In this document: positions 40,740-53,309 of the stretch, piece after piece
Layout of the letters: every line of letters starts with the position of its first letter
How positions within the stretch are numbered: position 1 is the first letter of the stretch
From: Octopus vulgaris
Lineage: Eukaryota
Length of the DNA stretch: 64,000 nt
Assembly: GCA_951406725.2 (NCBI GenBank)
Contig: OX597831.1
Location: forward strand, 38,440,001-38,504,000
Direction of reading: 5' to 3'
Notes under the pieces: model-generated
Told to the model about the DNA's origin: nothing
Database searches by the model: none
Seen by the model: the letters and a program-made list of their open reading frames with translations, nothing else
Made by a program: the position numbers and the translations under genes

Positions 40740-42278
40740 ATGGCTAATGTTATCGATATCAAGGTGAATGATTTTGTTAAGATTGATGGTAAAGATGGGG
40801 GAAGAGTATTATCCGTTGTTCAACCTCTTGGAACATACAGAATGTTCAATGTGAAGATAAATACTGGCCAAGTTCGACATGTTGCTGGATACAGGTTAAC
40901 AAAGGTACCTGAAACAGTGTCATCGACGAGTGGATTGTCATCGAACCCTGCATTTAACATCCCTGATGAGGTGTACAATGATCTTCTTCGTGACGATTTC
41001 TTTGATGATAGCCATAATGATCTTGAATTTCAACCGAGGTATGATCATTCTGGAATAGATAAATTCGTTCAAGGTAATCAAAATAAAAACACTCTTCGGA
41101 AAACAAACTATGATGTTAAACGATTGTTTGCTTTCATAGCGACAAATGGCGACACGCGTCCAACTGAATCTATCGACAAAGGCGAAGTTTGTGACATTCT
41201 CTGTGCTTTCTTTATATCGTTACGAAGGCCGGACGGTAGCAACTATGAACATTCATCTTTGAGGGGAATGTTATCCAGTATTGAAAGATATCTGAAGTCA
41301 AAACACTACTCGACGTCACTATTCTCGGACGGGACATTCGTGAAACTACATGACGTACTAAAAACGAAGCAAATGCTGTTGAAAAGTTAAGGAATGGGAA
41401 ACCTCCCTCGAGGCGCGGAATCTCTCTCCGACGATGATATCAACAAGCTATAGGAATGTGACCAGCTCGGTCCGAACACACCTGAATCCATCCTCAACAC
41501 GCTATGGTGGAACAACACCGTTCACTTTGGTATCCGGAGTGTCAAACCTCACAACGACATGCGATGGGGCGACGTTTCTTTGCATGTTGACAATGAAGGC
41601 AAGGAATTCCTTCAGTTTAGGGAGCGAGAGTCCAAAACTTGTCAAGGTGATAATCTCGACCATGCACGTAACATCTAGCCAAAAGTATGGGCGACGAATG
41701 ATGAGCGTTGTCCAGTTAACCTGTACAAGCGTTTTGCTGATCTGAGACCATCAGATTATTTATCGCCGGATTCACCATTTTATTTGGCCACCAACTGCAA
41801 AGATGCCTCCCATTCTCATCCCTGGTTTAAACGTCAACCGGTCGGTGTCAACAAACTAGGTACAATTATGAAAAGGGTGGCTAAATCAGCTGGTTTGGAC
41901 AATCGAAGATTCACGAACCATTCAGCACGCAAATACCTTGTGCAGAAGCTCGCTGACCAGAACACTCCTCCAACTGAAATCATGCAGATATCTGGACATC
42001 GTAATGTGCAAAGCATCAATAGTTACAGCAATATTTCCCTGGATCGTCATCGTGCCATCAGTAACATCCTTAGTAGCAACAACGACCAGCCGGGTTCGCT
42101 TGTACCTCCGTCACACACAGCAGCAGCGAGTGCAAGTGAACTCCCTTCCACCGTCAACGTTACGTCGAGTCAATCTCGGAACGCTGTCACTTGCTTTGGT
42201 TCATTGCACTCCATTTTCTCGGTTCCAATATTTGGGGAAACAATCAATTTGAACTTCTTTGGCTCAGATGCAAAGTGA
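40740..42278 (+). pseudogene. DUF3504-type tyrosine recombinase (CryptonA; related to KCTD1/ZMYM/QRICH1 domains) with three in-frame stops
   Basis: Single frame of 513 codons: NKNTLRKT...LCAFFISLRRPDGSNYEHSSL...SIERYL...LGPNTPESI..TLWWNN..HFGIR...ER.SKT.QG...RCPV.LY...WF..QPVGVNKL...TNHSARK...IMQISGHRNVQSINSY. R-K-HxxR-H-Y catalytic residues are present. Stops TAA 41388, TAG 41451, TAG 41676. Confidence 0.9.
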
Positions 42279-42642
42279 CCTCGTCTCACAGATAATGAGG
42301 ACTGTTAAGTTTTCCTGGACTATTGTGCTCTACTCTGACTGACATTGCTGCTCGAAAACATGTTTGAGTATTATTAAAGTTATTGAAGATTCAATCTGTT
42401 ATGTATTTCTTGAACGTGAACTTGAATGTTAACAAAATGTTAAATAGTCATCAGTTATCAGTCATTTCACCTGAAAACTTAGCGCTATAAAGTCGGACTA
42501 TCTTCCTGCGGCATGACATCTTTTAAAGTAACACATTGTGACGTCACTGACGTGAAATCAAGCTGTATTCATGCGCGCTTCAACATGATGTGAAGAATTT
42601 AATTATTAGATTAATAAAATATGGTCGTTTATTCGTGTGTAA

Positions 42643-42802
42643 TAAATAAAATACCAAACTCATTCCCTATGGATACCGTATTTATTACAACTCGTGGCTT
42701 GTAAACGTATCTAACTCGCTTTCGTTCGTTAGATACGTTTACAAGCCACTCGTTGTAATAAATACGGTATCCATAGGGAACTCGTTTAGTATTCTCTATT
42801 TA
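42643..42802. repeat. ~160-bp terminal palindrome of the Crypton
   Basis: Core arms 42663-~42716 and ~42726-42780 pair perfectly except at symmetric TC/TC bubbles inside ACTCG-type motifs. Confidence 0.95.
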
Positions 42803-43565
42803 TCGTTGCAATTCTTTCCTACCGAAGCCTGGCCTTCTTACTTCCAATAAAAGCGGTTCTGTGGCATTTTTTACATACCATGTATGTTGTTTTCCTCTGC
42901 TCTAATGCAGTGTTCGCATCGAATCAGTCCTCTTATCCCGCTTTTTCTTGGTACATATAGTCTGTCCGAGTCATTATTTGGGTGGAGTGACCCATATGAA
43001 GTCAACAACTCCCTCGTCATTCTGTCTTAGCTGTTTAGTTCCTCTACTGTCCATGCGATTACCCCTGCTCCATATCCAAGGAGTGAAACCGCCCCGGACT
43101 TGATTGCTTCAATCTTACTTCTTCCGTTTAATTTCGACTTTAGGATCCGTCTCAGTGTGCGAAGTACTCCTCCTTAAAATTTTCTGTCATTTCTTTCTCC
43201 ATGAATTTATCCATTTCTAATACTTCCAAGTACTTATAGACCGTCTCTTCTATCTGCTTCATAACCTTCCCCGGCGGTATCGCTAGAGAGTTGATACATT
43301 TGATTTTACTTCTCTTCAAGTCTAACACACCACACCTTTTCAGTCCGAACTCCTTTCTGATATCAGCACTCAAAGTTTACACCGTATCAACGAGAGAACC
43401 GACTTGGGATTCATCTTTACCATAAAATTTGAGGTCCTCCACTTCGCCATATTTTTTCCAAGCAGTCGCTCAACATTCGATGCAATACCAAATAGGTTCA
43501 TAAATTCCATAATTCAAGAATGTGGGATCACATCGTACGCCTTACGATAATCAAAACCCAGAGAC
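42803..43565 (-). mobile_element. Degenerate R4/Dong reverse-transcriptase fragment
   Basis: DYRKAYDVIPHS...DLKFYGKDE...EFGLKRCGVL...YKYLEVLE...ILKSKLNGR.KI.AI...LHP..D.DRLYVPR..G.RGL. Its upstream side abuts (TTA)n. Confidence 0.8.
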
Positions 43566-43586
43566 CGATTATTATTATTATTATTA

Positions 43587-44135
43587 TTGAGTGAGAGAGC
43601 AGTTCATGCCATCAAAGTGACACTGGGGTAAAATATACGAAGCCCAATATACCCATCATGACTACCCGTCTGATAAGGGTACACTAGGCACATGCATCAC
43701 AACCATATGTGCGCGACCTGGTGATCTCATATCAAGATAAACAGCACATGACCTTGCCGGCGGAGCCCAGTTAGAATTTTCTTCAGGTTGAATAGCCCAT
43801 CCCGCTCAAAAGGTCCCTGAATAAGGGTTGTTTAAGGATGTTGAAAGAACCACCCATGTTTCCAGAGGTGAATTATTCAAACCCCAAAGAATCCCTCAAC
43901 ACATGGCTATGATGCTCCCCCACTACTTCTGCTCGTGATCAGAGATGCACATATCGTCAGCCACTAAGGGACATGCTCAACTGGTTATGGTCAAACAACT
44001 GACAAGCAAATCTGTGGTATTGAGCAGAATATTTGTTGTAGCCCATCTTTTATACCAAGACAAAACAATGTACATGATAACACTTCCAATCAGTTAAGAT
44101 CAGAAGCCATGAGAGCCACTGCCTGGTACTGCATT
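43587..44135 (-). mobile_element. Non-coding interspersed repeat embedded in (TAA)n (putative Dong-mobilised non-autonomous element)
   Basis: ~550 bp bounded on both sides by (TTA)n. A diverged partial second copy lies at 46441-46731. Orientation is inferred. Confidence 0.6.
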
Positions 44136-44137
44136 TA

Positions 44138-45027
<890 letters not shown>

Positions 45028-45479
45028 GGACAATAAAACGAATGGTTTACAACTGATAGTTTACTGGCAAAGCACAGTCACTTTCACAGTGAACGTTATG
45101 TATATGGCAAATGAAAGACCGAAGATGGTATATACGTGAATTTATTATTAATAACGACAATTGTTTAAAAGCATCTAGCATCGATTCCCCATGGGTGGGA
45201 CCCTTAACAACCGGTTCAGGAGCATCCGGCTATGCAGATGTATCTCGTTGTGTGATAAATAGATACAACTCGTTAAAATAACAGTTCCTCAACGTAACTT
45301 CTCGTTTTCTTGAAAGGAAAACAGCCAGACGGAGGAAAGATCGTCATTTGTATAGATCAAACATTAAATCACAAACAGGAAAAAGATTTTCAGTGAAGTT
45401 TATTCACTGATCACCAAAATTAGAAATATTAAATTTCTAAATATCTAAGAAAGATATGAGCGGTGATGGAACGATAGAG

Positions 45480-45770
45480 TTGTTGTATACTGTCAACTTA
45501 ACGTGACAGTCCCGTAAAGGGAATCACACCACTGCTATTTAGCCCTAGGAAGCATCGACGCTTCCTGTCGGCCTTGACACATTTCCTGTGTCCTTATATC
45601 TACGAAGGGGAGACAAACACCCCCAACAGTTAGGCCTGCATCTAGAGACATGCATGTTTCTGTGTCTTCAGCCAGCAGGTCATGCTACTCTGGACTGATG
45701 ATGCGCAAGACTCAGAAACATGCATGTCTCTAGATGCAAGCCTAGCTGTTGGGGGTGCTTATCTCCCCTT
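45480..45770. mobile_element. Short fold-back PLE-type element with a hairpin-rich extension
   Basis: 64-bp inverted arms (45605-45668 and 45707-45770), a hammerhead, and four small hairpins at 45490-45592. Confidence 0.75.
45690..45733 (+). ncRNA. Minimal type I hammerhead ribozyme (44 nt)
   Basis: CTGGA CTGATGA TGCG-CAAGA-CTCA GAAAC ATGCAT GTC TCTAG: stem I 5 bp with one G.U pair, palindromic ATGCAT loop, GUC triplet. Confidence 0.85.
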
Positions 45771-46209
45771 AGGAAAATGATTTTCATACAGAAATTCGTC
45801 AATGGACATCTTGATTGTTCTCTGTATCAGCACTTATCGTATTTATTGAAACATACTGAAGTCAATTTTTAGGGGCAATACTGAAGTTGAATACACTGGG
45901 TGTACAAAAATTCAAAATAACTAAATCATTTTTCAGGGAGAACGTACAAAAACCACAACAAAAAGATTTTTACGCACGAGTAATTGATATACACGGACGG
46001 CAATTTGTAGACAGAAGTAGGTAATTGTGTGAGTGTGTTAAAGAAACAGAGGGAGTAAAACAGACACAGACCAGACTAAAAGAGAGTAATTATTACAGAG
46101 GGTGAGAGAGAATATGCGTAAGTAAGAGAAACAGAGAATGAAAAAGAGAGAGAGAGAAAACAACAGAGCGAGAAAAAGGAGAGAATCGATTGAAAATTGC
46201 AGACGTGTT

Positions 46210-46367
46210 TAGAGTAAAAACCTTCTAAAACACCGTTTTTTCCGGTTTCTCGCTTTATGCGTAGCTATGGGTAAAATATCATACTACATGACCATACTTG
46301 GCACATAAGTATTGTGAGTGTACAGTTTGTTGAAAACTGTAGAAATGCATACGTACTACACACACAG

Positions 46368-46405
<38 letters not shown>

Positions 46406-46433
46406 ACATCCTTTGTTTTATATATAAATAGAT
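46210..46433 (-). mobile_element. Helitron-like 5' end fragment
   Basis: Minus strand TCTATTTATATATAAAACAAAGGATG followed by (TG)n, the same 5' architecture as 20930. Confidence 0.45.
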
Positions 46434-46440
46434 AAATATC

Positions 46441-46731
46441 CCATGACCTAGCAAATGGGACCAAGTTAGCATTTCTTTCGGGTCGAGTAGCCCCACCCCG
46501 TCCAAAAAGTCCCTGAACGAGGGTTATTTAAGGATGATGAACGAAGCACCCATGTTTCCAGAGTTAAAATGTTCAAATGCAAAAGAATCCTTCTCGACAC
46601 ATGGCTTTGATGCTTCCCCACTCTTTCTGCTCGTAAGCAGAGATGCCCGTATCGTCGACTACTATACAACTGGTTATGGTCAAGCATTTGAGAAGTAAAT
46701 ATTTGAGAAGTAAATATTTACTGTAACCCAT
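46441..46731 (-). mobile_element. Diverged partial copy of the 43587-44135 repeat
   Basis: Aligns by eye to 43748-44045, for example CACCCATGTTTCCAGAG, ACACATGGCT.TGATGCT.CCCCACT and CAACTGGTTATGGTCAA. Confidence 0.75.
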
Positions 46732-46779
46732 CGTCGTCATCATCATCATCATCATCGTCATCATTATCATTAATATTGC

Positions 46780-46878
<99 letters not shown>

Positions 46879-46881
46879 TAT

Positions 46882-46913
<32 letters not shown>

Positions 46914-48534
46914 TCATTATTATTATTAATTAATTAATTAATTAAGTAAGTAAATAAATTCGTTTGATTCGGATTCATGCAACTTAAAAATCCAGCTTTG
47001 CATATGGAGAAATACTGGAAGTTCAAGACAAAAACGCTACAGGGAAATCGGCTGCTATTGGTCAAGGCGCCTCACGTGGTGTTGCCAGAAATGAAATCGG
47101 CATTTCAGCGACATCACATGCATTTGAAAGAATTTATTGGATGGCGTGGCTGGACAGGAAGCTGGTTTGTACCTTAGTGTCTGGCGTTTGAAGGAAATTA
47201 GAAGCTAACAGATTGAAGGCCAGTGTGTGTGTATGTGTGTGTATGTGTGTGTGTGTGCGTGTCTGTACTTGAGTGCGTGCATGTGTGTGTGTATGTATGT
47301 TTGTGCGTGCGCGTACCTGATGTATGACTGTTAGCATGCGGTGTTTTATTGGTCGTGTGAGTTCGTGTGTGTGCGCATGAATATGTGGGAGTTAGAGCCT
47401 GCTGTATATGCGTGCGTGCACGTACGTGTTTTGAGTACATGCATGGGTGTGTGTGACAAAGTATGTACATTCTTGTATTTGTGTAGAAACGTAAGAGGGC
47501 GAGGCCTGTTTGTCCGGAAGAAAACATATCCAAGCGTGCATGTGCTCTTGCGTGGCGCATGCATGTGTGTGTACATACATATTCATGTATTTGGTAATTA
47601 TGTGTGCGGGCATGCAACAGTACATCTACATGTTTGTGATCGTATATAATAAAAACATGTGTCCGTGTGAATGTGTGTGTATTGATATGCATTCAAATTC
47701 TATAGTTTGACAATAAAAGAAACAGTTACATACTACGCACTCTCTCTAATGTTAACTTCTGTCTGACAAGTCGAGTTTCATACTATTTTGATCATCAGGT
47801 AAACTATTTTATTTTGAGGCAAGTTTATGCATATGAAATGAAAACAGTTTGCTGTTTTCTGTTTAGCTGTCGTTTCTGTTGATTAATTAGTAAATGTTAT
47901 ATTAAAATGTCGTGTATATTTCTTGCAGCATTTTCCCACTCGTTACGTATTCTATGTTCAACTGTTGGTCTCCTGGTAATTTGCAGTTTGTAATTTTCAT
48001 TATGTTTAATCTCTGTATATTGTCTTGTCGTAGGTTTTGTTTGTTTCTAAATCTTGTCTAATATTTCTTTGTTTCTAAGTCATGTCTATAATTGCCAAAT
48101 TATCTTGCAAGTGCTTATTTGTTTATCGTTTTTCATTGGCTAATTAATTAGCTGTTGTGTTTATTTCAACAGCTTAGAGACATCAGATTTAAAATCAAAA
48201 CCTTCGAATTGGACTATGAAAATCGTGGTTGCTCGAGGAGTCTTGTTCTTTACCTCTAGGAGCATTTTTTGGTTTATATCATTCCGGTTAAAGACAATAG
48301 GAGAAACATTAATGTATTATCATGCGATACATACCAGATGATACGATGATACGAGGACAAGTTTACTGTATCGGAAATGTATAGCAGAGTAATGATGTTT
48401 ATCTTACTATTTAAACTTACATCAGGCTGATTCAGCAAATGGATGAGCAATGCCATTGCTGTCGTGATAGCGATTCTTTCAAGGTGTAGCATAACCAGAA
48501 CATTCACACACATGTGCACTATCAATAAGGCACG

Positions 48535-48565
<31 letters not shown>

Positions 48566-48605
48566 GTATGTGTATATATATAGACATATGTATGCATGCA
48601 TACAT

Positions 48606-48640
<35 letters not shown>

Positions 48641-48650
48641 CATATATATG

Positions 48651-48755
<105 letters not shown>

Positions 48756-49749
48756 GAAAGTTGGTTTGTGAAACCACGTGGTTGAATATATAGAAAGTAG
48801 TAAAAAGTGAAAAAACTACAGAAGTTTTTTCACTTTTTACTATTTTCTATATATATATATATACATATATACATATTTATATAAATATATATATATACGT
48901 ATGTATGTGTGTATATATACGTATATATATATATATTTCGATAACCACACACACACATACACACATATATGAAATGTATAGTATTAAAATTCCATCTCAG
49001 CGGTGTTATCAATCTTTTTCGCGTAAATAACACAATGGAGTGTTAGATAACAAACAGATTATATAACTTTCCACTCATCAGAGTTAGCCGACATGGAAGG
49101 GAATATGGTGACTGCTCTCTATTATCGGAGGTGGACTAGCAGAACCCTTCAGCAGCTGCAGTGAAAAGAAAAAGGGCCAGGGGATTTGTCTCTTGGTTGG
49201 ATATGCTGTGAATCAGGCAAAAGGTGCGCGTGCGTGCACAAGGGATCATTGGTGTGTGCTTCGGTCAAACTCTTTGCCGGGCACGAGGGCGTTAGTGGAA
49301 GGTCGAGGCTGGCGACTTCTGCTTGCTGTCATGGTAAGACGCGCAGATGTACGATAGGATGTGCTTCCTTTCATATCAGTAAGGATTAAACACCTCATTC
49401 ATGCTATTCAGGTAAATATCATATGAAGATATTGAATAAGAGATCACATATGCTTGTAACTGCACTTAATACATATAACGGGAATATGCAGCACAGTAAA
49501 CAAGGTATAAACCAGTAGATGTTACTGTAGTTCCAATAGAGTTCTAGCTTCCTTCTATGTATCTGTCTGCAATGTTTATCTTATAATACCGTACTTAGGA
49601 TTATAGATTTGCGATATTATTTAGTTGGTTTGTTAAGTATTTAAAAGTTACCGGATTTAAATTATTCTACTAAACGTATACTTGCTGCTGCAATGCTTCA
49701 CACATTTTTTTTCAAACAACTGATAAGTTCTTGAATCAAGGAGTTATCG

Positions 49750-49975
49750 CTGAAAAGAGATCCTCTGTATGATAGAAAACCTGCTAGATATAGTGTCAGT
49801 CAAATAATAATCGAAGATCTTGACACTTGCGAATACACAGGCATATTTGTACATAAAAGCTGCCACGGAGTACTGCATTAGGTGGAAGATCCTAGGAGAA
49901 AATTAAAACCGTACTTAAACAGCAGCAGGAAGTACAGTTTATGCTTGGATGAGAAGAAAACAATTTTAAAGGGTC
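49750..49975 (+). mobile_element. Highly degenerate PLE GIY-YIG C-terminus (Neptune-like)
   Basis: EYTGI...IRWKILGE...YLNSSRKYSLCLDEKKTI resembles the I.WKI...Y....C.LCL.EK..I motif. Confidence 0.5.
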
Positions 49976-50334
49976 TTGGCATCCTCATGAGAAGCGGAAA
50001 ATTTGGGACTACTTCTTGATGTGTGTCAATTTCCTATAGTTGAAATTTCGTCAACATCGGATATTCATGAATTTTCATGTGGGGTTCTTCTCCTTTTAAG
50101 CCATCTAAAATTCAAACCAAACATACTGCATTATACCCGCCCTTCCGCATTGAACCTAAGTTCAAAATATAATAAGGATCCATTCAGTAATTTTGGTCCA
50201 TGACGTTGTATGAAACATTCCCTTTCTCCCTGCGGTTGGATTTTGGGTTCCAAATTTCATTAGGATCGGTGCTGTAGTTTTCGAGTCTATAAGTAACTCA
50301 GGAACGCAAATACATTGAGTTTTATGTAATATAA

Positions 50335-50424
<90 letters not shown>

Positions 50425-50429
50425 TTATG

Positions 50430-50460
<31 letters not shown>

Positions 50461-50571
50461 GTATGTATATATATATATGTGTGTGTGTGTGTGTATATGT
50501 ATACATATATGAACATACACATATACATATGTATGTGTGTGTGGTTGTATGTGTGTGCTTGTGTGTGTATG

Positions 50572-50663
<92 letters not shown>

Positions 50664-50689
50664 GCGCAGATTCATAAATACAATTGAGT

Positions 50690-50899
50690 AGGCAAACAAA
50701 AGTAACAGGCACTGCCTTGAAGAATTTTTTGTCGAATGAATCAATCCCAATACCTTTTTTTATTTTGATAAACCTGGTAATTATTCTATCTGTCTCTTGT
50801 CAAACCAGTAAGTTATGGAGATGTAAATAAAATAAAACACCGGTTGTCAGGCAGTAATGACGGAGAAACACAGACACAAAGTCACACACATAAACTTAC

Positions 50900-50969
<70 letters not shown>

Positions 50970-51125
50970 GATGAATGTCTTTCAGTTTCAGTCTACGAAA
51001 TCCACTCAGAGGGCTTTGGTTGGTCTGAGTCTAAAGCCGAAGACATGCTAAGTTACCTATCAGTGGGACTCAACCGAGGACCATGTGATTTAGAAACAGG
51101 TTTCTAACCACGCAGCCAAACATGC
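50690..51125 (-). mobile_element. Diverged SINE family A
   Basis: AACACCGGTTGTCAGGC...TTTCAGTTTCAGTCTAC.AAATCCACTCA...CAGTGGGACT.AACC. Confidence 0.75.
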
Positions 51126-51202
51126 TGGTACATGGTCCTCAGTTCAGTCCCACTGCATGGTATCTTGCCATGTGTCATCTGATATAGCCTGCACCTATAT
51201 AT

Positions 51203-51249
<47 letters not shown>

Positions 51250-51579
51250 ATCTATTTTCATTCCTCCACCTCACTCTCCATTTCGTATCTTATCTAAATT
51301 AATTATTATTTAACCATCCTCTCACACCATCACCGATGAAGGGATATAATAAATATCCTCAAAACAGCTGTAAGACCTTTTATCTATAATTGTTCTAAAA
51401 TCCATACAGCCTTGGATTTTTATCGCAGTGCGAAAAATTGATATATATATATGTGTGTGCGTGTGTATGTGTGTGTGTATGTATGCATGTATATGTATAT
51501 ATGCATATATATATATATATATATATATACGTATGCATGTATATATGTGCATATACATGCGTACATATTACACATACAT

Positions 51580-51643
<64 letters not shown>

Positions 51644-51658
51644 ATATGCATATGTGTA

Positions 51659-51704
<46 letters not shown>

Positions 51705-51726
51705 ACGTATATGAATGTATGTATAT

Positions 51727-52293
51727 AATAGTTTCAGTATTAATAGTGAGACGTGGAGGCGCATGGCTTAGTAATTAGGGTGTCAGCATCATGATCGTAA
51801 GATTGTGGTTTTGATTCCTGGACTGGGCGACGCGTTGTCTTCTTGAATAAAACTCTTCATTTCACGTTGCCCCAGTCCACTCAGCTGGCAAAAATGAGTA
51901 ACACTGCAATGGACTGGCGTCCCACCCAGCTGGGGAAAACATACGCGATAAAAACAGGGAAACCGGGCTTATGAGCCTGGTTAGTCTTTAAAAGGGTGCA
52001 TTTATATTATTATTTATTAACAGTGAGACTATTACACTGAAAGTATCTCAATTTACAATAGGCAGATGTAATTGTTTCACTTTTGACACGTAATACTGAA
52101 ATTGTGTAAGAGATAAGAGCTTGCACTGGGCCCGCATGAGGAAAGAAGCTGAAACTGTTTTTGGCCCATCACGCTGTATGGAGCATAAGAATGGCATGTG
52201 CAAAATTTGATTGAAATCGGTTGTGTAGTTCACGAGGTTTAGGTACTCACACAGACAGACACAGTCAGACACACAGACAGACACACATTCTCA

Positions 52294-52297
<4 letters not shown>
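51727..52297 (-). mobile_element. Helitron-like non-autonomous element interrupted by a SINE
   Basis: Minus strand: TATAGATGAGAATG-(TG/TCTG)n 5' part and CAACCGATTTCAATCAAATTTTG motif. With the SINE removed, a 3' hairpin TTTCAGT..TAATAGT-CTC-ACTGTTA..ACTGAAA is followed by CTAT. Confidence 0.6.
51753..52014 (+). mobile_element. SINE with a family D-like core and an alternative tail, with TSD
   Basis: GTGGAGGCGCATGGCTTAGT head and TTTCACGTTGC.CCAGTCCACTCAGCTG core. 15-bp TSD TATTAA(T/C)AGTGAGAC at 51738-51752 and 52015-52029. Confidence 0.88.
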
Positions 52298-52333
<36 letters not shown>

Positions 52334-52629
52334 TTACATGGAAGAGAAATAATATTCTTAAGGAAAAGTTATTACACTTGGAAAAGTTCACGACAAATTA
52401 TTGCATCTAGTAAAGTACTAAAAAAGAAAATTCTTATTTAAAATTTTGCAGCTAAGGATAAAATTTCAAATAAATTTTTTAGATTTAGAAAATATTAGGT
52501 TTTATTAAAACAAATAATTTCATTATAACTTATTACTTCTATTTTTATTATTTGTTAGTTTTATTAATAAATTTTAAAAAATAACTTAAATTTAATATAT
52601 ATATATATACGTGTGTGTGTGTGTGTGTG

Positions 52630-52854
52630 TATGTGTATGTATGTTTGTATGTCTGTGTTTGGCCCCCAACATCGCTTGTCAACCGATGCTGGTGTGTTTT
52701 TGTCCCCTTAATATAGCGTTTCGGCAATAGAAGCCGATAGAATAAGTACCAGGCTTACAAAGAATAAGCCCTGGGGGTCAATTTGCTAGACTAAAGGCGG
52801 TGCTCCAGCATGGACACTGTCAAATAACTGAAACAAGTAAAAGAGTAAAAGAGT
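52630..52854 (+). mobile_element. SINE family A, 3' half only
   Basis: CCCCCAACATCGCTTG...CTAAAGGCGGTGCTCCAGCATGG...AAAAGAGTAAAAGAGTA. Confidence 0.85.
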
Positions 52855-52948
52855 ATGTGCATATGTATATACACATATACATACATACGTACATACATAT
52901 CTATATGTGTGTGTGTTTGTGTGCGTGTGTGTGTGTTGTGTGTGTGTG

Positions 52949-53209
52949 TGAAAGCGCATAACTCAGTGGTTAGAGCGTCGTTAGGTTATAGGTTCGAATC
53001 CCGGACCGGGCTGCATATTGTGTTCTTGAGCAGGACAATTTATTTCACGTTGCTCCAGTTCACTCAGCTGTAGAAATGAGTTGCGACGTCACAGGTGGCA
53101 GGCTGTATCGGCCTTTGCCCTTCCCGTGGACAACACTTGTGGCGTGAGAAGGGGAGGCCGATATGCATGAGCGATTGCAATCCCATGGCCAGTCATGACC
53201 GAAGGGTGC
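52949..53209 (+). mobile_element. SINE family D with internal deletions
   Basis: Homologous to 33240-33575. Confidence 0.82.
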
Positions 53210-53215
53210 CTCAGC

Positions 53216-53248
<33 letters not shown>

Positions 53249-53253
53249 AGTCT

Positions 53254-53309
<56 letters not shown>

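Larger units (their letters stand above)
40190..42802 (+). mobile_element. CryptonA-like tyrosine-recombinase DNA transposon, near full length
   Basis: YR pseudogene (next entry), left sub-terminal hairpin 40282-40349, TCTGATTGGTCA motif at ~40465, right terminal palindrome ending TATTCTCTATTTA. The left boundary is approximate. Confidence 0.82.

Noticed and set aside
40740-42278. Bacterial or phage integrase contamination, or a host KCTD1/ZMYM gene
   Set aside because: The motifs are of the animal DUF3504 type, the frame is intronless with an intact catalytic tyrosine, and it sits between terminal hairpins among host repeats, which fits a Crypton.
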